A DNA stretch of 64,000 nt, from positions 1,237 to 65,236 of IMG/VR virus record IMGVR_UViG_3300009514_000018; one strand, written 5' to 3'. Position numbers and translations under genes: made by a program. This DNA comes from a virus. Below are positions 1 through 8,310 of the stretch, piece after piece (the stretch's first letter is position 1; every line of letters begins with the position of its first letter). Below the pieces are notes generated by a model. The model ran no database searches, had not been told where the DNA came from, and saw only the letters and a list, made by a program, of their open reading frames with translations.

Positions 1-170
1 GTCAGGTTCGTAGCCATTTTTCTTCTCCTCTCTTGCACAACCCCTATGACACAGTTTACAGACTCGGCGCCTAGTGTCCAGTCCCCATAGGCTCCTACCC
101 CTCTGATCTGCCCATTTTCCCTCTAATTCCTCCCCATATCGGCCTTTTCTCCCCCACCCCGATCTCTCGG

Positions 171-324
171 AAACCCAAGCCCAGCTTAGTCCAGAGCGAT
201 TTGTTGAAAAAAATTCAGGAGCCCTATAGAAAATTGCCATTGTTCCCTACTTTCCACCAAGTGATCCCGAAAGGCCCTTTCAGGTTGCGTACAAACCTGT
301 CTCAAACCCAAGCCCAGCTTAGTC
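171..324. repeat. 21-bp direct repeat, 2 copies
   Basis: AAACCCAAGCCCAGCTTAGTC at 171-191 and 304-324. Confidence 0.9.
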
Positions 325-480
325 TCTGGAGATCATACCGAACAGACTGGGGCTCACTTGCCTGCCCAGTCAAGCTCCCGGAAATCCAAGCCCCGCGGGA
401 GCTCTGGGATGATTACCCTTTGTCTGATCCATGTCTGTTAGCCTCGAGAATGGCCTTTCTTTCGGTAGTTTCGGGGGGGA

Positions 481-778
481 GGGGAGGGTCCCCCCGGGGG
501 AGGGTCCCCAGGGGGGAGGGTCCATGGACAGGCTCAGGCTAGTTCGGCCTTTGTACGGTTTTTTTTCAGCCGAAGTACCGAACATCAGGCATTTTGGAGG
601 GGTACACAGTATATATGCTTAACTCGGGGGGGGAGGGTCCCTTGACTGGCCTTCCCCTTGGAAAGCCAGTCCCCCCCTTAAGGGGGGACTGAAGTTTGAT
701 CATAGGCTTTGCAAGCTTTCCCGGGGGGACCGTCCCCCCGGGGGGAGGGGGGAGGAAGGGGGACGGGGGACCCTCCCC
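481..778. repeat. GGGGAGGGTCC iteron-like repeats, 4 direct and 1 inverted
   Basis: Copies at 481-491, 497-507, 513-523, 630-640 and reverse complement at 768-778. Confidence 0.85.
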
Positions 779-922
779 CCCGATCATTGTCAATGATCAA
801 CTTTCATCATTGATGAAAATAAAGCCTATGATCGATTTTCATCATTGATGAAAACTGGCCTTTCGGTAAATCGAATCCGAATATCCGAAAGGCCAGTTTT
901 CGGCCTTGACTGGCCAGTCAAG
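644..922. other. Dense palindrome/inverted-repeat cluster (candidate origin or packaging region)
   Basis: Inverted repeats at 721-741, 782-798, 802-818, 836-854, 851-866/885-900 (16-bp arms), 905-922 (18-bp perfect palindrome) and 698-710/821-833 (13-bp arms). The structure is seen directly; the function is inferred. Confidence 0.7.
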
Positions 923-1184
923 AGGGGTGGTCAAAAATGGGGGTTTTGGCCATTTTTGACCATGCCGAAAGGCATACCGAACATCGGCAAAGGGGACATC
1001 CAAAAGTTAGTTATCCGGCTTCCAAAATAAGGGGTATATTAGGCTTCCGCAGATACCGTATGATCGGGGCATTTTTGGAAATAGGATACGGGCTCCCTTT
1101 CTATGGATCGGGGCTTTTCGGAAACAGAGTAAGTATCCCCTGACGAAACCTGGTGTGATCGGAAGTGACGAATTCAGCGATGTA

Positions 1185-1213
1185 TTGACGGGAGCAGCGA
1201 GGTGCTCTAGCAT
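1185..1213 (+). promoter_or_regulatory. Sigma70-like promoter upstream of the terminase genes
   Basis: TTGACG-N17-TAGCAT, followed by an AGGAGG RBS and ATG at 1246. Confidence 0.55.
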
Positions 1214-1245
1214 GACTATGAGAGAACCAAGAACAGGAGGAAGCC

Positions 1246-1653
1246 ATGGGCCGCGTGGAAGTGCTGCCGGTGAAGGTCGAGGAGCCGGGTTACTGGAAGT
1301 CGTTGCGTCGGTTCGGTGGGGCCATCCCGCTGGATCCCCAGCAGGAGATCGCCGAGCTGATGCAAAACCTGGAGGAACTTCAATCCCTCCTCGAAACTGC
1401 CGAGACTCACAAGCAAACTATGAGTGCGATTACAGAAAAACGGAAGACGCTGAACTCCATCATCGAGGCGAAGCGGAGCATGGGAGTGATCACCGAGGAC
1501 GCCCTCCGGCTCTATCTCAACCAGGTGATGCGGGTGATCCGGACCTTCGTGAAGGACGAGCTACTCCTCAAGCGGATCTCGGACAACATTCGGAAGGTAC
1601 CCCTGGCCACGACCAAGGCCAGCACCTCCCGCCTGAGCAAGGCCGCCAAGTAG
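1246..1653 (+). CDS. Putative terminase small subunit
   Basis: Strong RBS; 135-aa helical/coiled-coil protein directly upstream of the large terminase. Assignment is positional. Confidence 0.5.
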   Translation: MGRVEVLPVKVEEPGYWKSLRRFGGAIPLDPQQEIAELMQNLEELQSLLETAETHKQTMSAITEKRKTLNSIIEAKRSMGVITEDALRLYLNQVMRVIRTFVKDELLLKRISDNIRKVPLATTKASTSRLSKAAK

Positions 1654-1680
1654 AGAAGAAGTAGAGAAGAAGTAGAGAAG
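1648..1680. repeat. 11-bp tandem repeat AAGTAGAGAAG x3
   Basis: Copies at 1648-1658, 1659-1669 and 1670-1680, spanning the stop codon and running into the purine-rich leader of terL. Confidence 0.9.
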
Positions 1681-1701
1681 AAGAAGAGAAGGAGCACTCC
1701 C

Positions 1702-3807
1702 ATGGGCAGCAACAAGCGGTATATTCACGGATCGGGAGCCCGGTACTTCCTCCGGGAGGAGGATCTCGATCCCCTCCCTTCCGAGGAGGAGAGCCCCAAC
1801 CTCGCGGCGGAGATCATGGTGACGGCGGCGGAGGGGCTGCAGGATCCCCTCCTGCTCGAGGATGGGGAAGCCGATCCGGAGTTCGACTACCTCTCGTCCG
1901 ATATGACCGACCAGGAGATCGCCCACGACGCCGTGGAGATCCTGGATGAGGGGGCCCTCCGGGAGCCCATTCTTCCTCCGGAAGAATGGATCGAGAAGAT
2001 CCACTTCGCGGGGCCGCACCAGTACGAACTCTGGCCCGGGGTGAAGGCTGACTTCGTCACCATAGTGAACCGCTTTTTGCATCGGGACACGAGCAAGAAC
2101 GAGGAGGGAAAAGAGGCGGAGGAGCCCCTGAATTTGGGCATCCTGACGGGCGGGATCGGGGCCGGGAAGACCCGATGTGCCGAGGTGGTCCTTCAGTACC
2201 TCATCTACTGGCTCCTCTGCCACGCCTCTCCGGCCAAGGCCATCGGCATGGTCGCCAGCGCCACTATCAACATCGCCATCTTCTCCACGAAGTTCGACAA
2301 GGCAAAAAAGGTGATGTACAAGCGCCTTCGGCGGTACATCGACAGCACCCCCTGGTTCAACGAAAATCACCCGCCAGATCACAACATTCGGAACTCGATG
2401 GAGTGGCCGGAAGGCATCGTTGTCGCGCCTTATCCTTCCACGGTTCAGTCCGCCATTTCGGAGGATATGTGGCTCGCGGTCCTCGATGAGGCCAACTTCT
2501 GGATCTCCAGCCCCGAGGCGGACCGGGTGGACGAGGTCTATCTCTCCCTTCGGCGAAGGATGAGTTCCCGCTTCGAGGAGTATGACGAGAGGTGGCTGAT
2601 TCTGGCCGTCTCTTCGGCCACGGATCACAACTCTTTCACCGAAAAAGTGAGGCCCGACGCGGGCATTATTCTGTCCAGATCCAAGTGGGAAGCGAAGGGC
2701 GAAACCTTCGAGGGGGAGCCCCGCTTCCTCATCGATCTCGGGAACCAGCAGGTGGCCCCCCGGATCGTCACCGACAGGAAGGACAAGATCCATGGCCGCC
2801 TCCTCCGGGTGCCCGTCCGGTTCCAGAAGTCGGCCAAGGCCGACCTGTCCAACTTCCTCCGTGAGACCTACGGTATCGGTGTGCAGACCCAGCGGCGCCT
2901 CTACGGGTCCTGGCTCCAGGGCTATCCGTGGGAGCCACCCACCTCAGAGGGGGACGAGTTCTACGTGGATCCCGATCCCGCAGCGGAGATCCCCAAGCCC
3001 CGGCTCCTCGACTCCCCCATTGGCAGGTGCATCCATGTGGACCTCGCCGTCTCGGGCGACTGGGCCGGTATCTCCTGCGGCTACGTGGAGGACACCGAGT
3101 GGAAGGAGGTAGAGGAGGGTATCATGGAGCTGGTCCCCCGGGTGGTGGCCGACTTCGTGATCCGCTGGCGCTCCAAGATCAAGGCCGAGGAGCTGCCCCT
3201 CGAGAAGGTGAGGGAGCTGATCATCTGGATCGCCCAGCATATCCCGGTCCTCCGGGTGACTTTCGACGGCTGGCAGAGCAAGGACTCTATCCAGCAACTC
3301 AACAAGCGGGGCATCGTGGCGGAGCTGCTCTCCGTGGACAGGTCCCCCGCCCCTCACCACTATCTCAAGCGCCTCCTCGCCGAGCGCCGGATCCTCGTCC
3401 CCTATTCCTCCGCCCTTGTCTCCGAGCTAATCAACCTCATCGTCAACCCTACCAACGGGAAGATCGACCACCCCAAGCGGGCCCGCGGGGAGGGGGTCAA
3501 GGGATCCAAGGATATGGCGGATGCCCTGGCCGGCATGGCCTACTCCTGTCACCAGACCCTCGAGGGCACCGCCGATGTCCTCGCCCCCGCTGATCTGGAG
3601 TTCGTCATTCTGGGTCAACCTCGAAATCGCCCAGTTGAACCTGGGAACGCCCTGGCTCAGGAGAAGCCAGGGGAGGAAGCTCCTTCTCAGAAGCCGCAGT
3701 CGTACCGGACCGTTTCCCAGAAGTCTTCGGCACAACCATTCGACGATGAGCCGCAACCGAGACGATTCTTGGGATCTCTTCACCGTTTGGTTCGTCCTGG
3801 AGGATAG
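1702..3807 (+). CDS. terL: Terminase large subunit
   Basis: Walker A GILTGGIGAGKT, Walker B LAVLDEA, nuclease motifs IHVDLA, VTFDGWQS and KDMADALAG. Confidence 0.93.
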   Translation: MGSNKRYIHGSGARYFLREEDLDPLPSEEESPNLAAEIMVTAAEGLQDPLLLEDGEADPEFDYLSSDMTDQEIAHDAVEILDEGALREPILPPEEWIEKIHFAGPHQYELWPGVKADFVTIVNRFLHRDTSKNEEGKEAEEPLNLGILTGGIGAGKTRCAEVVLQYLIYWLLCHASPAKAIGMVASATINIAIFSTKFDKAKKVMYKRLRRYIDSTPWFNENHPPDHNIRNSMEWPEGIVVAPYPSTVQSAISEDMWLAVLDEANFWISSPEADRVDEVYLSLRRRMSSRFEEYDERWLILAVSSATDHNSFTEKVRPDAGIILSRSKWEAKGETFEGEPRFLIDLGNQQVAPRIVTDRKDKIHGRLLRVPVRFQKSAKADLSNFLRETYGIGVQTQRRLYGSWLQGYPWEPPTSEGDEFYVDPDPAAEIPKPRLLDSPIGRCIHVDLAVSGDWAGISCGYVEDTEWKEVEEGIMELVPRVVADFVIRWRSKIKAEELPLEKVRELIIWIAQHIPVLRVTFDGWQSKDSIQQLNKRGIVAELLSVDRSPAPHHYLKRLLAERRILVPYSSALVSELINLIVNPTNGKIDHPKRARGEGVKGSKDMADALAGMAYSCHQTLEGTADVLAPADLEFVILGQPRNRPVEPGNALAQEKPGEEAPSQKPQSYRTVSQKSSAQPFDDEPQPRRFLGSLHRLVRPGG

Positions 3808-4165
3808 CGATCCGCCATTCTCCGCCGAAGGAGATCGATCCGTTGATGAGGGCCACGAGTTGCCTAGTCCACGCAATCCCACAACACCTCAGTCCGTTTT
3901 CCGCGAGGGTGAGGTAGTCTGTCATCCGTTTCGGGGGCAGGCAGGGGACCTCCTCCCCGACCCCCACCATGACCAGCTTCTGCTGCTGGTCTGTGAGGTA
4001 GGCCTTCCTCTCACCTAGCTTCGCGTACTCCTGATCGATCTTGTCGAGTTCGGGGTGAGCCCCGGTCTTGAGGATCTTGCGCCAGATCTCCATCTGCTTC
4101 TCGATTGCCTCGAGCTGCTCGTCGATGATGTTCTGGAGCATTAGGATGGTCTTTTCGTCTATCAT
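3605..4165 (-). CDS. Hypothetical protein with N-terminal coiled coil
   Basis: GGAGGAG RBS before ATG at 4165 (MIDEKTILMLQ...). The 3' part overlaps the terL tail antisense and is less certain. Confidence 0.5.
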   Translation of the reverse strand: MIDEKTILMLQNIIDEQLEAIEKQMEIWRKILKTGAHPELDKIDQEYAKLGERKAYLTDQQQKLVMVGVGEEVPCLPPKRMTDYLTLAENGLRCCGIAWTRQLVALINGSISFGGEWRIAILQDEPNGEEIPRIVSVAAHRRMVVPKTSGKRSGTTAASEKELPPLASPEPGRSQVQLGDFEVDPE

Positions 4166-4370
4166 GTTCTCCTCCAGGGAAAAGGTAGTAGTCCCCAGTG
4201 TGATGGACGAGCGGGAGGATGTCAATACGTATTCAGTGGAACGGTACTTTTGGGTAAAGCACTTTGGGGCGCTTTAAGCAAGCGCCCGGGCCAGTGCGGA
4301 GCCCTTCGTTATTGTGAGGAATCACTACAACGATTCTTTTGTATATATCCGTCCTGCTAGGAGGAGTCTC

Positions 4371-4901
4371 TTACCAGGCAACCCACATGCCCATGGTTGG
4401 GTCGAAGCGGAAGGTCCTGGTCTCGTAGGGAACCGTGAATACGAAGTTGGGCGCAGGGGGTCCAACCAAGCCAGGGTAGACCACTCCAGGACCACCGAGG
4501 ACATCGACGGGGTTGCTGAGGGGATCCGGGACTGTCACTACGACAGTGTTGCCCGGGGCCATGAGGGGGGTGATGTCCAGGGTTACAGCTGCTGCGGAGC
4601 CATCCAGCAAGACGTGGTAGTCACCGATCACTGCAGGCTCGATGTGAGGGGCTGGTGGAGCAGGGGGCACCACCATCCGGATGTTCTTCATCTCGGGCCC
4701 AATCTGAATCTGACTGATCTGGACGCGCTCGCCGATTGCAGTCTCGGCGCAGGTCAGGAAGGTGGCCCCGGCCATGGACTTCATCTCCATGGTCACGCGA
4801 TCGTTGGGCTCGTCGTAGGCGACTTCGAGCACGGTTGCGGAGGGACCGCCGATCTCCTCTACCTGGATTCCGTCTTCTCCAAAAACTACTTTCTTTGGCA
4901 T
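4371..4901 (-). CDS. Hypothetical protein, beta-rich and virion-like
   Basis: AGGAG RBS, phage-typical codon usage, Pro/Val/Gly-rich beta sequence. Confidence 0.7.
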   Translation of the reverse strand: MPKKVVFGEDGIQVEEIGGPSATVLEVAYDEPNDRVTMEMKSMAGATFLTCAETAIGERVQISQIQIGPEMKNIRMVVPPAPPAPHIEPAVIGDYHVLLDGSAAAVTLDITPLMAPGNTVVVTVPDPLSNPVDVLGGPGVVYPGLVGPPAPNFVFTVPYETRTFRFDPTMGMWVAW

Positions 4902-4955
4902 CTTACTTCTCCTTCTGAGAGTTGGGTTCCAGGGTCACAAGCCTCTCAGCTGGGC

Positions 4956-5249
4956 TTAGCTGGGCTCGGTGCTCCAGCCGTTGGAGTCCAGGACGCCCTC
5001 GAGGTTATTGTTGATGTAGAACTCGATGGAGTTGTCCGTCGCGTTGAACTTCACGTAGGCGGTATTCGCCGCGTTCAGGTAGACGGTCTTCTCCCCGGTT
5101 CCGGTGTCCGTACTGACGAGGTTGTTCAGCACGATGATGACACGGTTGATGAAGTTCTCCAGGAGATCCTGGTACTTCTTTACGATTCCACTGCCGTCCA
5201 GCTGGCTTCTGCCATAGACGCGCCGAGTGCGGAGCAGCTCCAAAGCCAT
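4956..5249 (-). CDS. Hypothetical protein resembling a fibre segment
   Basis: AGGAGG RBS; sequence TVYLNAANTAYVKFNATDNSIEFYINN resembles fibre beta segments. Confidence 0.7.
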   Translation of the reverse strand: MALELLRTRRVYGRSQLDGSGIVKKYQDLLENFINRVIIVLNNLVSTDTGTGEKTVYLNAANTAYVKFNATDNSIEFYINNNLEGVLDSNGWSTEPS

Positions 5250-5421
5250 GATTTCTCCTCCTTTGCAGGTGGGTCCCTTGTATCCGTTCCTATGTTGTTA
5301 TTTCTCGCACAGTTCTGGGAGGATTTCAAGCGTACCTGCCCCATGAAAGAAAAGCCAACCGTTTTTCCTTCCACAGAGAATAAAATTTATCAAAGCGTAA
5401 TAGACTATCAGTATTCTCTGA

Positions 5422-5449
5422 TTGCCTTTTGTTCCAAGCCATGTAGGAT
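5422..5449 (+). promoter_or_regulatory. Possible sigma70-like promoter
   Basis: TTGCCT-N16-TAGGAT in an AT-rich divergent intergenic region. Confidence 0.4.
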
Positions 5450-5470
5450 GAGTAGTAGAGACAGCATTTA

Positions 5471-5488
5471 TGAATATGCGCATATTCA
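5471..5488. promoter_or_regulatory. Perfect 18-bp palindrome (candidate operator)
   Basis: TGAATATGCGCATATTCA, directly before the GGAG RBS of the 5499 gene. Confidence 0.6.
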
Positions 5489-5498
5489 CGGAGTAACT

Positions 5499-6116
5499 AT
5501 GGATTACCTGGAACTTGCGAGCAAACTCAAAATTTCACAGAATATGGCTCGCAATATGCTGTCCGACAGGGGAACATCGCCGTCTTTACGGAGCCTTCCT
5601 TTTGAGGACATCAAGGAGATCTATCGGAGGGGGACGGAGCGGGAAGGTAGAACCAACTTCTCCCAGTTACGACCCGAGGAGTGGAGCAAGGTTTTCGGGC
5701 AAGAATGGGAGAAGATTCGTCGCTGTATGCGGTTAGTCGGATTAGGTCTTTACTCGGCCAAGATGCCCATCTTGGAAATTCGTGCGCTCTTTTTGTGTGA
5801 ACCGACCGAAGATGAGCCTGGCGACGTAAGTGAGCGGTTTATGGGAGTTTTCTCACACAACCTCGCCAGGGATAGATGTTACCGCCCTACCCTGGTACGC
5901 TCCAATGGTGATGGATCCTTCTCCACAATTCTGGGCCTCAATGAGACTCAGAAGTTGATGAGGGACAAAACCAAGGGGTTCAAGGCTCATGTTTCCCAGT
6001 GGGAGCGATTGGTGCCAGGGATCACCCCCTTTCTGACCAAAAGGAGGGACGGATTCTATGAAACCACTGAATACGTCGAAGTGATACGTAAGAAAATCAG
6101 GCAATCCCCTACTTGA
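5499..6116 (+). CDS. Putative DNA-binding protein (N-terminal HTH-like, C-terminal degenerate ParB-like segment)
   Basis: Likely true start at ATG 5499 with GGAG RBS, inside the tracked 4314..6116 ORF. YLELASKLKISQNMARNML is HTH-like; RPTLVRSNGDGSFSTILG loosely resembles ParB-N. Confidence 0.5.
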   Translation: MDYLELASKLKISQNMARNMLSDRGTSPSLRSLPFEDIKEIYRRGTEREGRTNFSQLRPEEWSKVFGQEWEKIRRCMRLVGLGLYSAKMPILEIRALFLCEPTEDEPGDVSERFMGVFSHNLARDRCYRPTLVRSNGDGSFSTILGLNETQKLMRDKTKGFKAHVSQWERLVPGITPFLTKRRDGFYETTEYVEVIRKKIRQSPT

Positions 6117-6164
6117 CAAGATAACACTCCGTGGTGAAGCATAGACCTGAAAAGAGAGGTTGGA

Positions 6165-6428
6165 ATGGAAGCTGTCGAGCCGGTTTACTTCTGGTGCCTT
6201 ATCTGCTCGCTCAGGACTGAGTGTGGGTCGCTTCAATGTGGTCCTTCCCGGTTTCCCAAGTTCTCCCCTCTCGAGAACTTGAGCCCCAACGTTTATTTCC
6301 TGTGTCCCCTATGCGGAGGTCCTACTGATGGCAGAAGAGAGCGGTGCAACTACTGTCGATGTGGCGAATCTGGAAGTCCGGAACCTGGGCGGGATGGATT
6401 CACCAACCGGCAAGGTAATCCGATCTAA
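6165..6428 (+). CDS. Small Cys-rich zinc-finger protein
   Basis: CLIC, CPLC and CNYC motifs; GAGG RBS; overlaps the portal start by about 100 bp. Confidence 0.4.
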   Translation: MEAVEPVYFWCLICSLRTECGSLQCGPSRFPKFSPLENLSPNVYFLCPLCGGPTDGRRERCNYCRCGESGSPEPGRDGFTNRQGNPI

Positions 6429-7926
6429 GCAGCTCCGCGATCCCTTCACCGAACTCTATCGGGAAGGGATCGTCATGGAGCCTCCCTTCGATCCTGACCT
6501 ATGGGCGGAGCTGGTCCTCATCTCCACTCGCTATAATCAGCTTCTCAGGGTCTATGCCAGGAACACGGCTGGTCTCGGGTGGAAGGTCGTTCCCACTGTG
6601 GAGATCTCCAGGAACTCTTCCGAGGAGCTGAAGAAGCAGGTAGCCACGGACATCGAAATTCTCAAGAAGTTCTATGGTTACCCCCATACTGCCGAGCAGT
6701 CACGGGTCTGGATGGAGGAGTCCTTCAGTGAGCTTCTCTTCAAGATGGCGGTGGATCGGGAGGCCATCGGCAACGGGTATCTTGAGGTCTCCAAGAACCT
6801 TCAGGGGAAGCCAGCGGGAGTGTGGCACATCCCGGGGTCTACTGTCAGGCTCAGGGCGGATCTCGAGGGTTTTGTCCAGTACTCTGCGGGTCATTCGGAG
6901 TTCGTCTACTTCAAGAACTTCGGTGACCCAAGGATCATGGACTCACGCTCTGGGGAGTTCGTTAACAAAGAGAAGGAAGAAATCCCCCTCAAGTATCATG
7001 CGAACGAGATCATCCACTTCCCTCTCTACTCTCCCATCTCGACTCACTATGGCTTCCCCAGGGGAATTGCCTCCAACCTGGCCATGACTGGTTCCAGGGC
7101 CGCGGCCTTGAGGAATTATGCTTTCTTCGATAACGACGCTGTTCCTCGAATGGCAGTCCTGGTTTCTGGCGGGTCTATTCCAGAGGCTTCCCTCCAGAGA
7201 ATGGAGGAGTACTTCGCGGCCAGGGGCAAGGGGGCTGACCTGGCTCATCGGGTGGTGGTCATCCACGCTCAGCCAGGGCAGGGGGTAGTAGCGGCGCCCA
7301 CCATCAAGCTCGAGCCTCTCACTGTCGGGAGCACTGATGATGCTTCCTTCACTACATATAGAGAGGCCAACGACAAGGAGTTGAGAGAGGCCTTCGGACT
7401 TTCCGAGCTTCACCTCGGTACCGAGGGGTCGGCCAACAGAGCAGCGGCCATGACCATTCTGCGGCTGGTCAACCAGCAGGAGTTCTTCCCTGCCATCCTG
7501 GAGTTGGAGTATCGCCTGAACGCGACCATTTCCAAGGCTCTTGGCGTTCAGACCTCGGCTCTCCAGCTTGTCAGGCCGAAGGCTACGGATCCTCTGGATG
7601 AGGCCAAAGTACTTCAGCGGGCCCTTCCTGCTGGGGCTGTCGCTCCCAGGGACTTCAGGAAGTGGATCGAGACTACGCTCGGTTTCGACTGGCCACCAAT
7701 GACTGAGCCCTGGACCGAGATTCCCTTCACCCTCCTCCTGACGCTCATCCGAGGTGAGCAGATTCAGCTCGGGGAGGCCGAGCAGATTCAAGAGTCGATG
7801 AGGGATATGGTCGATGAGTTCGATACCTCCAGCGATCAGGGGGCGGTCAAGGAGTTCATCGACGATCTGAACATCGGTCTTGAGGAGCTGAAGAATGCCA
7901 TCTCTCTCCAGTCTCAGCACAGATAA
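6328..7926 (+). CDS. Portal protein (PBSX/HK97-like)
   Basis: Motifs GNGYLEV, NEIIHF, YGFP and FFDNDAVPRMAVLVSGG; located after terL. Confidence 0.9.
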   Translation: MAEESGATTVDVANLEVRNLGGMDSPTGKVIRSKQLRDPFTELYREGIVMEPPFDPDLWAELVLISTRYNQLLRVYARNTAGLGWKVVPTVEISRNSSEELKKQVATDIEILKKFYGYPHTAEQSRVWMEESFSELLFKMAVDREAIGNGYLEVSKNLQGKPAGVWHIPGSTVRLRADLEGFVQYSAGHSEFVYFKNFGDPRIMDSRSGEFVNKEKEEIPLKYHANEIIHFPLYSPISTHYGFPRGIASNLAMTGSRAAALRNYAFFDNDAVPRMAVLVSGGSIPEASLQRMEEYFAARGKGADLAHRVVVIHAQPGQGVVAAPTIKLEPLTVGSTDDASFTTYREANDKELREAFGLSELHLGTEGSANRAAAMTILRLVNQQEFFPAILELEYRLNATISKALGVQTSALQLVRPKATDPLDEAKVLQRALPAGAVAPRDFRKWIETTLGFDWPPMTEPWTEIPFTLLLTLIRGEQIQLGEAEQIQESMRDMVDEFDTSSDQGAVKEFIDDLNIGLEELKNAISLQSQHR

Positions 7927-8308
7927 GCTGCGGCGTCGGCACGCTGCCCTCCACACAATTTACTCTTGGTTGGTCCAGGGGTTTCCCCAAGGGGACTGGG
8001 ACAAGGAGTCTTTGGCTGAAGCTCACGAGGCTTCGGCTAAGGAACTGGAGCGCCGAGGGATTCAGCACGAGTCCCCTCTGGGAGAGGGTAGGCCGGACAG
8101 GTCTTCTCACAGTCGCCATGATATCGGGGCTATGACAGACGACGAAGTTTTACATGTCCACGCCAACCTGCATAGCCTGGCCTCCAAGATTCGCCAGGGC
8201 GTTGTGGGTACTGGCTGGACCATGGAGCAGGTCATAGCGGAGCACGAAATTGTAGTTCCTGAGCTGACAGGTAGGGGCTTCGAACACAACTCACCACTTG
8301 AGGGATAG
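7895..8308 (+). CDS. Protein made of two His-rich ~58-aa repeats
   Basis: Two copies of H-x3-H...W...H...RG-x2-H-x-SPL; a third copy lies in the next gene. Confidence 0.75.
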   Translation: MPSLSSLSTDKLRRRHAALHTIYSWLVQGFPQGDWDKESLAEAHEASAKELERRGIQHESPLGEGRPDRSSHSRHDIGAMTDDEVLHVHANLHSLASKIRQGVVGTGWTMEQVIAEHEIVVPELTGRGFEHNSPLEG

Positions 8309-8310
8309 AA

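Noticed and set aside
171-922. Possible CRISPR array or mini-array
   Set aside because: Repeats are irregularly spaced, of different families and lack uniform unique spacers.
201-1213. Short ORFs in the repeat region (201..542, 370..585, 431..622, 566..793, 845..1030, 937..1143)
   Set aside because: Low-complexity G/P-rich translations of repeats, with no convincing RBS or codon bias.
4314-5498. N-terminal two-thirds of the 600-aa ORF 4314..6116
   Set aside because: It is the antisense shadow of two better - strand genes and crosses an AT-rich intergenic region; the real start is likely 5499.
6113-6145. TTGACA upstream of portal as a sigma70 promoter
   Set aside because: No acceptable -10 element at 16-18 nt spacing.
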